A DNA stretch of 64,000 nt from positions 1-64,000 of IMG/VR virus record IMGVR_UViG_2706795104_000001. One strand, written 5' to 3'. This stretch comes from an uncultured virus (IMG/VR IMGVR_UViG_2706795104_000001). Taxonomy: Duplodnaviria > Heunggongvirae > Uroviricota > Caudoviricetes > Herelleviridae. Positions 44,327-53,447 of this stretch are shown one piece after another. The position numbers and the translations under genes are program-made. Positions within the stretch are counted from its first letter, which is position 1, and every line of letters begins with the position of its first letter. The notes under the pieces are model-generated. The model searched no databases. It was not told the origin of the DNA and was given only the letters and a program-made list of their open reading frames with translations.

Positions 44327-46033
44327 ATGGTATCATACGGACACGACAGAAAGCGTCCTCACACTGAGATTACACTTAACGCTAGTGGATTAGGTTCAGC
44401 TAACGCAAGAAGTGAAAAACCTCTTGTATTAATTGGTTCTGCAACTGGTGGACAACCAAAAGTTCCTGTAGAGCTAACGAACTTTGCACAAGCTAGAGAC
44501 TTCTTCCGTGGTGGGGAACTATTAGACGCAATTGAAATGGCTTGGAACCCATCTCCTAATACTCGTGGCGCAGGTAAAATCTACGCAATCCGAGCAGACG
44601 ATGCGAAACAAGCAACGAAAACAAGCGGAGGGTTAACAGTTACATCTAAACTTTACGGTGCAGATGCAAACGAAATCCAATACTCTCTAACTGATAACGC
44701 ACTAACTAACTCTAAACGTTTCAGTGTGTACTTCACAAAAGAACGTTACGAGCAAGTGTATGACAACATCGGTAACATTTTCTCTATCCAATACAAAGGT
44801 TCTCAGGCTTACGGGTCTGTAACAATTGAGGTAGACGCTGCAACTAAACTTGCTACGAAGTTAACTCTTAAAGCAGGGGCAGACAAAGTAGGTGCTACTG
44901 AAATTCGTTCTTACACGTTAGGAAAAGGTGTCTACCAAAATGTTAACGTACTAATCAATGACATTAGCAACCTACCTGACTTCACAGTAGTGACGAACTC
45001 TCTAGGTGGAAACAAGAACGTAGAGACTCAATTCTTAGATGCAGTAGCTGAGGTAGATACAAAAGCAACAGCTAAAATGATTACGGCTGTAGGCGCAGAC
45101 TTAGTTAACCAAACTGACACTGATCCATATGTAAAACTTTCATACGATCCAAAAACTGCAATCCCTGCTACAATCCAAGTTACAAACTTAGCAGGTGGGT
45201 CTACAAGTGTTCCTGGTAACTCTTGGGCAGAACTATTTACGGCAGTGGCAGACTTAGGTGCTTACTACATCGTACCTTTAACTGATAAAGAGTCTATCCA
45301 CGGTGAACTATCTCAGTTCTTACGTGATGAGTCAGGAGCAGGAAACCAACTACGAGGATTCGTAGGTGGAGGTCTAAAAGATACATTCGATAAGTTAAAA
45401 GCTCGTCAAGCAGGTTTACGTAACCCTCGTGTTAGCTTAGTTGGTAACTCAGGAACTCGTAGAATGTCAGACGGTCGAGTGTACAACTACCCTGCATACA
45501 TGGGTGCTGCTTTAATCGGTGGTATCGCAAGTGGTATCGGAGTAGGGGAGCCAGTTACATACAAAAAACTAAATGTTGAAGCATTAGACATGAAGTTCAC
45601 TGGCGACCAGTTAGACCAGTTAGATGCGGCAGGAGTAGTAATGGTAGAGTTCGTTCGTACTCGTCAAAACTCATACTTCCGTATTGTAAGTGACCCAACT
45701 ACTTACAACGCTTCTACGGAGCCTGTACAAAACCGTATCTCTTTAGGAGAGGTTAGTGACTTCTTAACTACTGAGCTACGTACGATGTTAGACGAGCAGT
45801 TCATCGGGACTCGTATCCGTAACACATCTGCTTCTATCATCAAAAACGCAGTTGAGTCATTCTTGGATCAACAAAAGAACGTAGACGGTCTAATCGTAGA
45901 CTACAACCCTGACGATGTGCAAGTTGTTATCACAGGTAACTCTGCTCGTATCAACATCACTGTACAACCAGCTCGTGGTCTAGACGACATCACAGTAGGT
46001 ATCAACTACGTAGACAACAAGCTAACTGCTTAA
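44327..46033 (+). CDS. tail sheath protein
   Basis: RKRPHTEI, FRGGELLDAIEMAW, sheath-type C-terminus. Confidence 0.92.
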   Translation: MVSYGHDRKRPHTEITLNASGLGSANARSEKPLVLIGSATGGQPKVPVELTNFAQARDFFRGGELLDAIEMAWNPSPNTRGAGKIYAIRADDAKQATKTSGGLTVTSKLYGADANEIQYSLTDNALTNSKRFSVYFTKERYEQVYDNIGNIFSIQYKGSQAYGSVTIEVDAATKLATKLTLKAGADKVGATEIRSYTLGKGVYQNVNVLINDISNLPDFTVVTNSLGGNKNVETQFLDAVAEVDTKATAKMITAVGADLVNQTDTDPYVKLSYDPKTAIPATIQVTNLAGGSTSVPGNSWAELFTAVADLGAYYIVPLTDKESIHGELSQFLRDESGAGNQLRGFVGGGLKDTFDKLKARQAGLRNPRVSLVGNSGTRRMSDGRVYNYPAYMGAALIGGIASGIGVGEPVTYKKLNVEALDMKFTGDQLDQLDAAGVVMVEFVRTRQNSYFRIVSDPTTYNASTEPVQNRISLGEVSDFLTTELRTMLDEQFIGTRIRNTSASIIKNAVESFLDQQKNVDGLIVDYNPDDVQVVITGNSARINITVQPARGLDDITVGINYVDNKLTA

Positions 46034-46084
46034 TCGGAGGGGAGTAATCCCCTTCTATCATAATTATGAACAGGAGTGAACTAC

Positions 46085-46513
46085 ATGGCATCTGTAACTA
46101 ACCAAACGGTACAGACTGGTAATACAGTATACTTCATGATTAAAAACGTACCGATTGCTCGTGCTCAGTCTATCTCAGCAGAGCGTAGCTTTGGTACAAC
46201 TGGGGTATACCAAATCGGTTCTATCATGCCACAAGAACACGTTTACTTAAAGTACGAAGGTTCTGTAACAGTAGAACGTTTCCGTATGAAGAAAGAGAAC
46301 TTAGCGACTCTTGGCTTCGCAGCTTTAGGTGAAGAAGTTCTTCAAATGGACATCCTTGATATCGTGTTATACGATAACTACACACAAGAAGTTATCATCG
46401 CATACCGTGGATGCTCAATTGATACATACAGTGAAGATGTTAAAGCGAACGAAATCACTTCAGAGAGTGCTCGTTTCTACTTCCTAACATCTGCAAACGT
46501 ACGAAGTGTATAA
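46085..46513 (+). CDS. tail tube protein
   Basis: MASVTNQTVQTGN, GVYQIGSIMPQEH; follows the sheath gene. Confidence 0.88.
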   Translation: MASVTNQTVQTGNTVYFMIKNVPIARAQSISAERSFGTTGVYQIGSIMPQEHVYLKYEGSVTVERFRMKKENLATLGFAALGEEVLQMDILDIVLYDNYTQEVIIAYRGCSIDTYSEDVKANEITSESARFYFLTSANVRSV

Positions 46514-46523
46514 TAGAATCACA

Positions 46524-46554
46524 GGGAGGACTCACTAGAGTTCTCTCTTTTTTT
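46524..46554 (+). terminator. intrinsic terminator
   Basis: GGGAGGACTC-ACTA-GAGTTCTCTC plus T-tract. Confidence 0.75.
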
Positions 46555-46568
46555 ATGTAACCCTGTAT

Positions 46569-46596
46569 TTTACAATCGTGTTACAGTTCAGTTACA
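46569..46596. promoter_or_regulatory. triple WalR(YycF)-box-like direct repeat
   Basis: TTTACA-N5-GTTACA-N5-GTTACA, the reverse complement of TGTWAH-N5-TGTWAH. Confidence 0.65.
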
Positions 46597-46661
46597 ACAG
46601 GGAATTTAGGGTATAAACGTGTTACATTAGGAACTATACCAAAGAAGAAAGGATGATATGA

Positions 46662-47352
46662 ATGAATATCAAGACATTAATCGCAACAGGTGCTTTGTCG
46701 GCAGGACTATTATTTGTCGGACAGGGAACGGCTTCAGCCCAGTGAGTTCGATACGGACAGGAGTGTAGTAGACTATCTGTATCATACGAAAGAGGATCAT
46801 AGCTTTGAGAACCGTAAACAATTGTCCGAAGCCTACGGGATGGTAGGATACACAGGAACAGAAGAACAGAACGTACGATTACTTACGCTTCTTAAAGAGG
46901 ACAGAGGAGAAGTTTCTCCTCAAGAAGGGCAACGAGCAAGAGAAGAAGTTAAACAAGCTAATACGAAGCCACAGACCCCTCAAACGCAACCTAAACAACA
47001 AGCTCAGGTTAAACCTGAACCTAAGCAAACTCAACCGCAAGGTAGAACTATCACAGTGGAAGCAACTGCATACACGCCACATCCAAGTGAGAATGGTGGT
47101 ACATACGGTGGACAAGTACTAACTGCAACAGGATTCAACTTGAGTGCTAACCCTAACGCTAGAGTTATCGCAGTAGACCCACGAGTAATTCCGCTAGGGA
47201 CGAGAGTTCATGTCGAAGGATATGGAGAAGCGACTGCGCTAGATACAGGTGGAGCTATTAAAGGTAATCGTATTGACGTACTAGTACCGACAGATTCACA
47301 AGCAAATGCTTGGGGTCGAAAACAAGTGAAAGTTACGATATTAGGTAAGTAA
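46662..47352 (+). CDS. secreted 3D-domain cell-wall protein (signal peptide + DUF3597-like + 3D), with an apparent 1-nt insertion at ~46738-46740
   Basis: Signal peptide MNIKTLIATGALSAGLLFVGQGTASA in one frame; SVVDYL...TAY...IAVDP.VIPLG...DTGGAIKGNRIDV in the next. Confidence 0.85.
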
Positions 47353-47358
47353 TCATCG

Positions 47359-47399
47359 AATAGACACGGATAATAAAAATTCGTGTCTATTTTTTTTTA
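47359..47399 (+). terminator. intrinsic terminator
   Basis: AATAGACACGGA...TTCGTGTCTATT plus T-tract. Confidence 0.8.
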
Positions 47400-47407
47400 T
47401 TTTATTG

Positions 47408-47436
47408 TTGACTATTGGAAAACCCTATAATATACT
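47408..47436 (+). promoter_or_regulatory. sigmaA-type early promoter inside the tail module
   Basis: TTGACT-17-TATACT plus the AGTATAGAAATTAAAAAACAAA leader also seen at 7711. Confidence 0.8.
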
Positions 47437-47488
47437 AAGTATAGAAATTAAAAAACAAACAAAAAATTAAATATGGGGAGTGTTCATT

Positions 47489-48352
47489 ATGACACAGGTA
47501 TTAACAGAAAGATTAGCTATTCTTAGAAAGATGGATTATATCGAGAAGGAGCGTGCTTCACTGTTAGCAGAGTACAATTCTTGCTTTGACCGTCTGAGAG
47601 AACTAGACGAGATTGATAGAATGAGTGCAGAAGCAGATCATGTAGCCCAAGTAATGAAAGAAGCTTACGCACCTGAACCTGAGTCCCAATCTGAGCCTAT
47701 TAAAAAGAGAGTTGTAAGGGTTGGAACGACACGACACAAGTTATCGGACGAAGACATTGAGAGAATTAGTATTCGTATCGGAAGTATGTTTGCAAAGACG
47801 GAGGGCGATCCCAAGATTGAGGAAGTAGTACCTCCTGAGATGGTTGAGCGTATCAGGAACGCAGAACAGAAGATAACGGACGATAGCATTGTATCTATTA
47901 AAACTCCGTTATCTGAGTCTGAGAATGAAGACTTGTTAGCAACCGAAATTGTTGACGTTCCAGTTCACAAAGAAGGACAAACTCTTAAAGAGTACTTTGA
48001 GGAAAACAAAGAGATTCTAGAAGAGGTGGGAGAAGCAAAGGTCGAAGTAAAAGAGGACAAGCCTAAAGAGGAACCTGAGAAAGCTCCTGTAGGTGAAGCT
48101 ACTAAACTACTTCAAATGAAACCTTCATTTATGAGAGGTACAACAAATGATAACAGAATCATTGCTCAGTTCGCAAAAGTTATTCTAAAAGACTACGGTA
48201 AACCAATTAAAGCAAAATTATTACTACAGAAGTTAAGAGACGCAGGTATCTCGATGAAATCACCATATGAAACATTAGCTCAAATAAAAGGATATGAACC
48301 AAGTATCCAAAGTGCAGGTTACGGACTGTATCAATACGTCCCAACCCGTTAA
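47489..48352 (+). CDS. Rok-like nucleoid/silencer protein (N-terminal coiled coil, acidic linker, C-terminal winged helix)
   Basis: N-terminal ERLAI...RLRELD; C-terminal AKVILK....IKAK.L...L...G...P.IQ.AGYGLYQY. Confidence 0.6.
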   Translation: MTQVLTERLAILRKMDYIEKERASLLAEYNSCFDRLRELDEIDRMSAEADHVAQVMKEAYAPEPESQSEPIKKRVVRVGTTRHKLSDEDIERISIRIGSMFAKTEGDPKIEEVVPPEMVERIRNAEQKITDDSIVSIKTPLSESENEDLLATEIVDVPVHKEGQTLKEYFEENKEILEEVGEAKVEVKEDKPKEEPEKAPVGEATKLLQMKPSFMRGTTNDNRIIAQFAKVILKDYGKPIKAKLLLQKLRDAGISMKSPYETLAQIKGYEPSIQSAGYGLYQYVPTR

Positions 48353-48358
48353 TATAAG

Positions 48359-48384
48359 GCTACCACACTAAGTGGTAGCTTTTT
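48359..48384 (+). terminator. intrinsic terminator
   Basis: GCTACCAC-ACTAA-GTGGTAGC-TTTTT. Confidence 0.8.
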
Positions 48385-48460
48385 CTATGTTATAATTAAA
48401 ATAAGTAGACAAGTTACTGCTATATTATTAGTGATAAACAAATTTAGGAGGTACATAACA

Positions 48461-48880
48461 ATGGCTGAAGATTTACAGAAGGATATCGTACACTTACAGG
48501 AAGCATCGCCTGAGAGAGTAGAAGCAGAAAAGAAAGCAGAAGAACGTGCAGTAGTAGACCGTATCATTCGTGGTGTTAATGATACATTCGTAAAGGATTA
48601 TGATTTACCTGAATACGACATGAAATTCACGATTAAGATTAAGGCACCTAACGCAATTGATTCAGGAAAGATACACGCTAGAGCGTCTGCATATCTAAGT
48701 GGTATGAATAACTATGCAAGTGATTATATCTCAACAGTATTCCAAACTCTAGCAGCGATCCGAGTTAACGGAATTGACGTTCCTGATGTATTAGCAAAGG
48801 ACGAAGACATCTATAACCTAGACGTACTATTCATAATTGGACGTGATTATGCGGAGTGGCTAGGTACCTTTCGCAGATAA
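48461..48880 (+). CDS. tail assembly chaperone (G-like)
   Basis: AGGAGG RBS; between tube and tape measure; ends ACC TTT CGC AGA TAA. Confidence 0.8.
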   Translation: MAEDLQKDIVHLQEASPERVEAEKKAEERAVVDRIIRGVNDTFVKDYDLPEYDMKFTIKIKAPNAIDSGKIHARASAYLSGMNNYASDYISTVFQTLAAIRVNGIDVPDVLAKDEDIYNLDVLFIIGRDYAEWLGTFRR

Positions 48881-49505
48881 AGTACAGAAGTTTGGCGGTC
48901 TAAAGCAGTTAGCCCGTACTACATATATGAGAAACCTTTGGGCACTCATGACGAAATTTGAAGTTCTACCTACGAACGAAGATTTCAGAAAATTGTCACA
49001 TGCCCAAATTGACTTAATGATTTATTCAATGGAAGAGGACTACAGACAAGCAGAGCTTGCTAGAAAAGGTCTTCAAGTTGACTCTGAGCACTACGATAAC
49101 TCATTCGATGAGGAAGTATGGAGCAAAGATGTTGGCGACTGGGATGTTCTTAAAGAAGGTCACGATCCTGACAAGATTGCGAAACAAGTCGAAGCTCTTA
49201 CAAGAGCAGAAGACCTTAAAAACCTTGGCACGAAATTTGAAGGTCTTGATGAGTATAACGCACATCTTGAAGCAGGAGGGAAGACAGCTAGGGAAACTGC
49301 CGTTGAACAGGTTATCAATAAGAACCTTGCAGACGCATATGAGAAAGCGCAACGTATCGCTAAAGCAGGTAAGAGTACTCTTGTCGATGATGCTTACATT
49401 GCAGGGGAATCGGAGGAGAACACAGACCTCGACAAAGAAGCTATGGACAAAGCTATCAGAATGTTCAATCAACAAGACGATGATGACGAGTATACAGAAT
49501 TGTAA
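48870..49505 (+). CDS. tail assembly chaperone extension (GT-like), probably reached by +1 frameshift
   Basis: The +1 frame is open from TTC at 48870 through the annotated ATG at 48927, which has no clear RBS. Confidence 0.7.
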   Translation, partial: FADKVQKFGGLKQLARTTYMRNLWALMTKFEVLPTNEDFRKLSHAQIDLMIYSMEEDYRQAELARKGLQVDSEHYDNSFDEEVWSKDVGDWDVLKEGHDPDKIAKQVEALTRAEDLKNLGTKFEGLDEYNAHLEAGGKTARETAVEQVINKNLADAYEKAQRIAKAGKSTLVDDAYIAGESEENTDLDKEAMDKAIRMFNQQDDDDEYTEL

Positions 49506-49559
49506 AGGGGGAGAGGGAAACCTCTTCTCCTATTTTTAAGAAAAGGGTGGTGAAGGTAA

Positions 49560-52500
49560 ATGGCAGGTAACAAACAAGATTACATTATTGAACTGGATGC
49601 CAAGATAGACAAAGCCGTCACGAAGTTAAATAAAATCCGTAAGATGATGGATGATATCGAACGTATTCGTGATAAAGGTGCAGATAATAACTATACTGCA
49701 AGTTCACAAGATATCAATAAAAACATGCGTCTTATGAAGTTACTTACGCAACAATACAATCAAGCAACTGAAGAACTTAAAAAGTTACAGAGTGCGGCTA
49801 ACAAGACTCCTAAAGGTGCGAAACGTAACGAACAACATAAACGTATATCTGATGAGCAGAAAGCGATCCGTTCCGAGTATGCTAAGACGTTAGCTATGTA
49901 TCGTGAGGTTGCATCGTACCAACAAAAATACTCCAAGAACTTCAACGCTACAATCGGAGAAATTAACCTTCCTACAAAAGACTTCGAGAAAACAAAAGAA
50001 GTTATCTCAGGTATGGTTGAAGAATCTAACCGAGTTAAGAACAAGTTAGATGAGGTTGTAACTAAAATCCGTGAAGTAAATAAACTTGACAGACGTTCTG
50101 AAAGTTTATCACGTAGAGCAAGTGCATCTAAGTACATGTCATTCCAACAAGCTTCAAACTTCAGGAAGGATCGTTCAACAGTAGAAGGATACCATCAAGA
50201 GAAAGCAGATAACATTCGTAGAATGACAGAGATGTCAACAACTGTATCTTCTCTTATGAAGCAGATTAAAAAGATTGAAGAGAAGCCTACGGCAACAAGA
50301 GCCGACATGGATCGTAAGCTTGAGATGCAAAAGAACATCGAGTCTATGGACAAAGAGTTCGAATCTCGTATTGAATTGAACCGTGTACTGGACCGCACAA
50401 TTGCCAACATGGAGAAGTACAACAAGACGGTACAAGACGTAACAGTTAAACCTGAACGTGGTACATTTAAAGGTATGGCTTATGAGCGTGCTCCTGCTAT
50501 TGGTCTAGCAATCACTGGTGCCGTAGCCGCTGCCGTTGGAAGTCTGTATCACCAAGGGGCTTCTATTGACAAAGGTATGCGACAAGATGAAATCTCTATC
50601 GGACAACGTGTCGGTATGGACGGATCGCAGTGGAGAGAGAATATCCGTAACAACGCCCTTAACTCAGGACTAAAAGATAGATTAGGTCTATCAGGTCAAG
50701 AGATGATTGGATTCCAAGAGAACTACTTATCTAAACGTGGTTACAAGGGTATGGATGATTTAAACACTGCTATGCAGAACCAAGCAGTGTTTAGCCGTGT
50801 AAGTGGTATCAACACGGAAGACACAAAGTCATTCTATAACACTGTATACGGTGCTGGTGAAGTTAACGGTAAACAGACGAAGGAAATCCAAAATGCATTC
50901 CTTGGAGCTATCAAACGTAGTGGTATGGAAGGTCGAGAAAAAGACCAACTGAAAGCGTTAGACGGTATCCTATCAGGAATGTCTGAAGGTCGTTCTATGA
51001 CGAACGATGAGATCATGAACACAATGGGACTACAATCTGTATTAGCGCAAACTGGAAACCGTGCTCTGCAAGGAGAAAAAGGTGGAAGAATGCTACAGAG
51101 CCTAGACCAAGGTATTCGTAATGGTATTGACGATCCGATGGTACGTATGGTATTCGGTCAAGGTACTAAGTACCAAGGATTAGAAGGTCGTTGGGCATTA
51201 ACGAAGAAAATGGAAAAAGGTATCTCTGATGCAGGTAACGTAAGGGATATAGCGGCCTTTGCACAATCACAAGGTGGAACAAAAGAATCTCAGAACATGA
51301 ACTTCTATGAATTTGCTCGTACAAAGTTAGGTGCAGAAATCTCTACCCAACAAGCAGAAGCAATGATGGAAGCATTCCGTAAGGGAGACCTTACTGATGA
51401 AAACCTGAAGAAGGTTCTTAAAGGTGACACAGGTGTTGGAGACAAAGTATCGAAAGATAAACTAGACGAATACAAGAAATCTAGTGCGGCCACTAACAAC
51501 CAAAGTGATGCAGTTACAGAGAAACAGGCCGCAGGTATCTACGATATGGGTGAAGCAGTTCGTAAAGCTAATGCGGCTCTCGGTGGTTTACATCCTGCCG
51601 CATATGGAGCTATTGCTGCCCTAGGTGCTCTAACGGTAGCATTTGCCGCAGCTGCCACATCTTTCCTAGTATCCGCAGGTGTTCGTAAAGCAGCTTCCTC
51701 TGTATTCGGTGGAGGAGGAGGTAAAGGTAAAGGAGGTCGAGGTGGCGGTCCTACTGGTGGCGGTGGTGGTAACACTACTGTAGTTGGTGGAGGTAGCGGT
51801 GGAAGACGAGACCGAGGTGGATCAGGTAACACTGTAGCATGGAACCGAGGAAGTGCTCCTGAAGCTAACGCACCTAAACAGAGCTGGTGGAAGAAAATGT
51901 TCGGTGGAGGTTCTAGTGCTGCCGAAGGTGTGACAGCAGGAGCTACAGTAGCAGGTACAACGGCCGCATCTTCAGGTAAAGGATTCCTTAAAGGTGCAGG
52001 TAAGACGTTAGGTAAGGTAGCTCTACCACTTATGGCGCTAACTAGCATAATGGATATTATGGATGCTCCTGACGACAAGAAAGGGGAAGCTACTGGATCG
52101 TCAATCGGAGGTATCGCAGGTGGTATCGGTGGAGGTGTGGCAGCAGGAGCCGCATTAGGTTCTATCGTTCCAGGTGCAGGTACTGTAGTCGGTGCTATCG
52201 TTGGTGGTGTTGGTTCTATCATCGGTGGTCTAATTGGTAGCTCTGTAGGTGGAGGTATCGGTAGTTGGTTCGATTCTGACTCTGATAAAGACAAGCAGAA
52301 GAAAGCAGAAGCTCAGGCTAAGAAAGAGAAAGAAAAAGCTGAGAACAAAGCTACTAACACTTCTAGTATCACAGGGTTCGGTCGCCAAGGAGGTACTGTA
52401 CCAGGATATACTGCAACTAGTATGACTGTAGGTGCAACAGCAGGTACTTTAACAGCTAGTAACCTTGACCCTGGACTAACAAACCAAGTTGTAACTCCTG

Positions 52501-53405
52501 ATACAAATAACAACGTCAACTCTACAAACATCCAAGTAGATAAGGAGAACACGAACACGAAACAACGTACAGAGGTTACAAAGACTGACAACCTTTCTTA
52601 CGAGCGTGAGAACCTTAATATCTACGAGAGAGCATTAATGAAAGCAGAACAACTTCTAGCTCAAGCTCGTTCCCAAAACGGTATCTTCGGTAACGGTAAT
52701 GGTGCAGGAGGTACAGGTGGGGGTAGCGGAATGGGTGTTACAGGTGGAGGTAAACTACAACTTCTATCAGCAGGTCAGAAATGGCAGAATGCAAGTAACC
52801 TACAACAAAGTGACCTAGGATTCACAGAAGCTACTCTAACTGCGGCCGACCTAGACAAATGGATAGACTCTAAAGCTCCTAAAGATTCTATGATGCGTGG
52901 AATGGGTGAAACCTTCCTTAAAGCAGGTCAAATGTACGGGTTAGACCCTCGTTACTTAGTTGCACATGCTGCCGAAGAATCTGCTTGGGGAACTTCTAGC
53001 ATTGCGAAGAAAAAAGGCAACTTCTTTGGGATCGGCGCATTTGATAATAGCCCAATGGAAAGTGCTTACGAGTTTAAAGATGGTGGAGGAAACGCTGCTC
53101 AGAACGGTATCATGGGTGGAGCTAAGTGGATTGCTGAACACTACTACGGAAAAGGTAATACAACCCTTGATAAGATGCACCAAGCAGGTTACGCAACTAA
53201 CTCTGACTGGGCTTCTAACATTGCTTCTATCATGAAAGGCGCACCGTCAGGTTCAGGTCAAGCAGTAACTGCCACTATCAACGTTAATGTTAAAGGTGAT
53301 GAGTCTGTAGCTAAGAAGATTAACGATAGCAAAGAAATGAAGAAAGTCGGAAACAACATTTCCGATATGCTTGGTTTCTACTCTAAAGAGATGGTGATGG
53401 TCTAG
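49560..53405 (+). CDS. tape measure protein with C-terminal glucosaminidase (GH73-like) domain
   Basis: 1281 aa, helical with Gly-rich hydrophobic repeats; AHAAEESAWG, NFFGIGA.D, YAT...WA. Confidence 0.88.
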   Translation: MAGNKQDYIIELDAKIDKAVTKLNKIRKMMDDIERIRDKGADNNYTASSQDINKNMRLMKLLTQQYNQATEELKKLQSAANKTPKGAKRNEQHKRISDEQKAIRSEYAKTLAMYREVASYQQKYSKNFNATIGEINLPTKDFEKTKEVISGMVEESNRVKNKLDEVVTKIREVNKLDRRSESLSRRASASKYMSFQQASNFRKDRSTVEGYHQEKADNIRRMTEMSTTVSSLMKQIKKIEEKPTATRADMDRKLEMQKNIESMDKEFESRIELNRVLDRTIANMEKYNKTVQDVTVKPERGTFKGMAYERAPAIGLAITGAVAAAVGSLYHQGASIDKGMRQDEISIGQRVGMDGSQWRENIRNNALNSGLKDRLGLSGQEMIGFQENYLSKRGYKGMDDLNTAMQNQAVFSRVSGINTEDTKSFYNTVYGAGEVNGKQTKEIQNAFLGAIKRSGMEGREKDQLKALDGILSGMSEGRSMTNDEIMNTMGLQSVLAQTGNRALQGEKGGRMLQSLDQGIRNGIDDPMVRMVFGQGTKYQGLEGRWALTKKMEKGISDAGNVRDIAAFAQSQGGTKESQNMNFYEFARTKLGAEISTQQAEAMMEAFRKGDLTDENLKKVLKGDTGVGDKVSKDKLDEYKKSSAATNNQSDAVTEKQAAGIYDMGEAVRKANAALGGLHPAAYGAIAALGALTVAFAAAATSFLVSAGVRKAASSVFGGGGGKGKGGRGGGPTGGGGGNTTVVGGGSGGRRDRGGSGNTVAWNRGSAPEANAPKQSWWKKMFGGGSSAAEGVTAGATVAGTTAASSGKGFLKGAGKTLGKVALPLMALTSIMDIMDAPDDKKGEATGSSIGGIAGGIGGGVAAGAALGSIVPGAGTVVGAIVGGVGSIIGGLIGSSVGGGIGSWFDSDSDKDKQKKAEAQAKKEKEKAENKATNTSSITGFGRQGGTVPGYTATSMTVGATAGTLTASNLDPGLTNQVVTPDTNNNVNSTNIQVDKENTNTKQRTEVTKTDNLSYERENLNIYERALMKAEQLLAQARSQNGIFGNGNGAGGTGGGSGMGVTGGGKLQLLSAGQKWQNASNLQQSDLGFTEATLTAADLDKWIDSKAPKDSMMRGMGETFLKAGQMYGLDPRYLVAHAAEESAWGTSSIAKKKGNFFGIGAFDNSPMESAYEFKDGGGNAAQNGIMGGAKWIAEHYYGKGNTTLDKMHQAGYATNSDWASNIASIMKGAPSGSGQAVTATINVNVKGDESVAKKINDSKEMKKVGNNISDMLGFYSKEMVMV

Positions 53406-53447
53406 TACCGTCCCTCTCTTCTTTTTAAATATAAGGAGATGATATAA

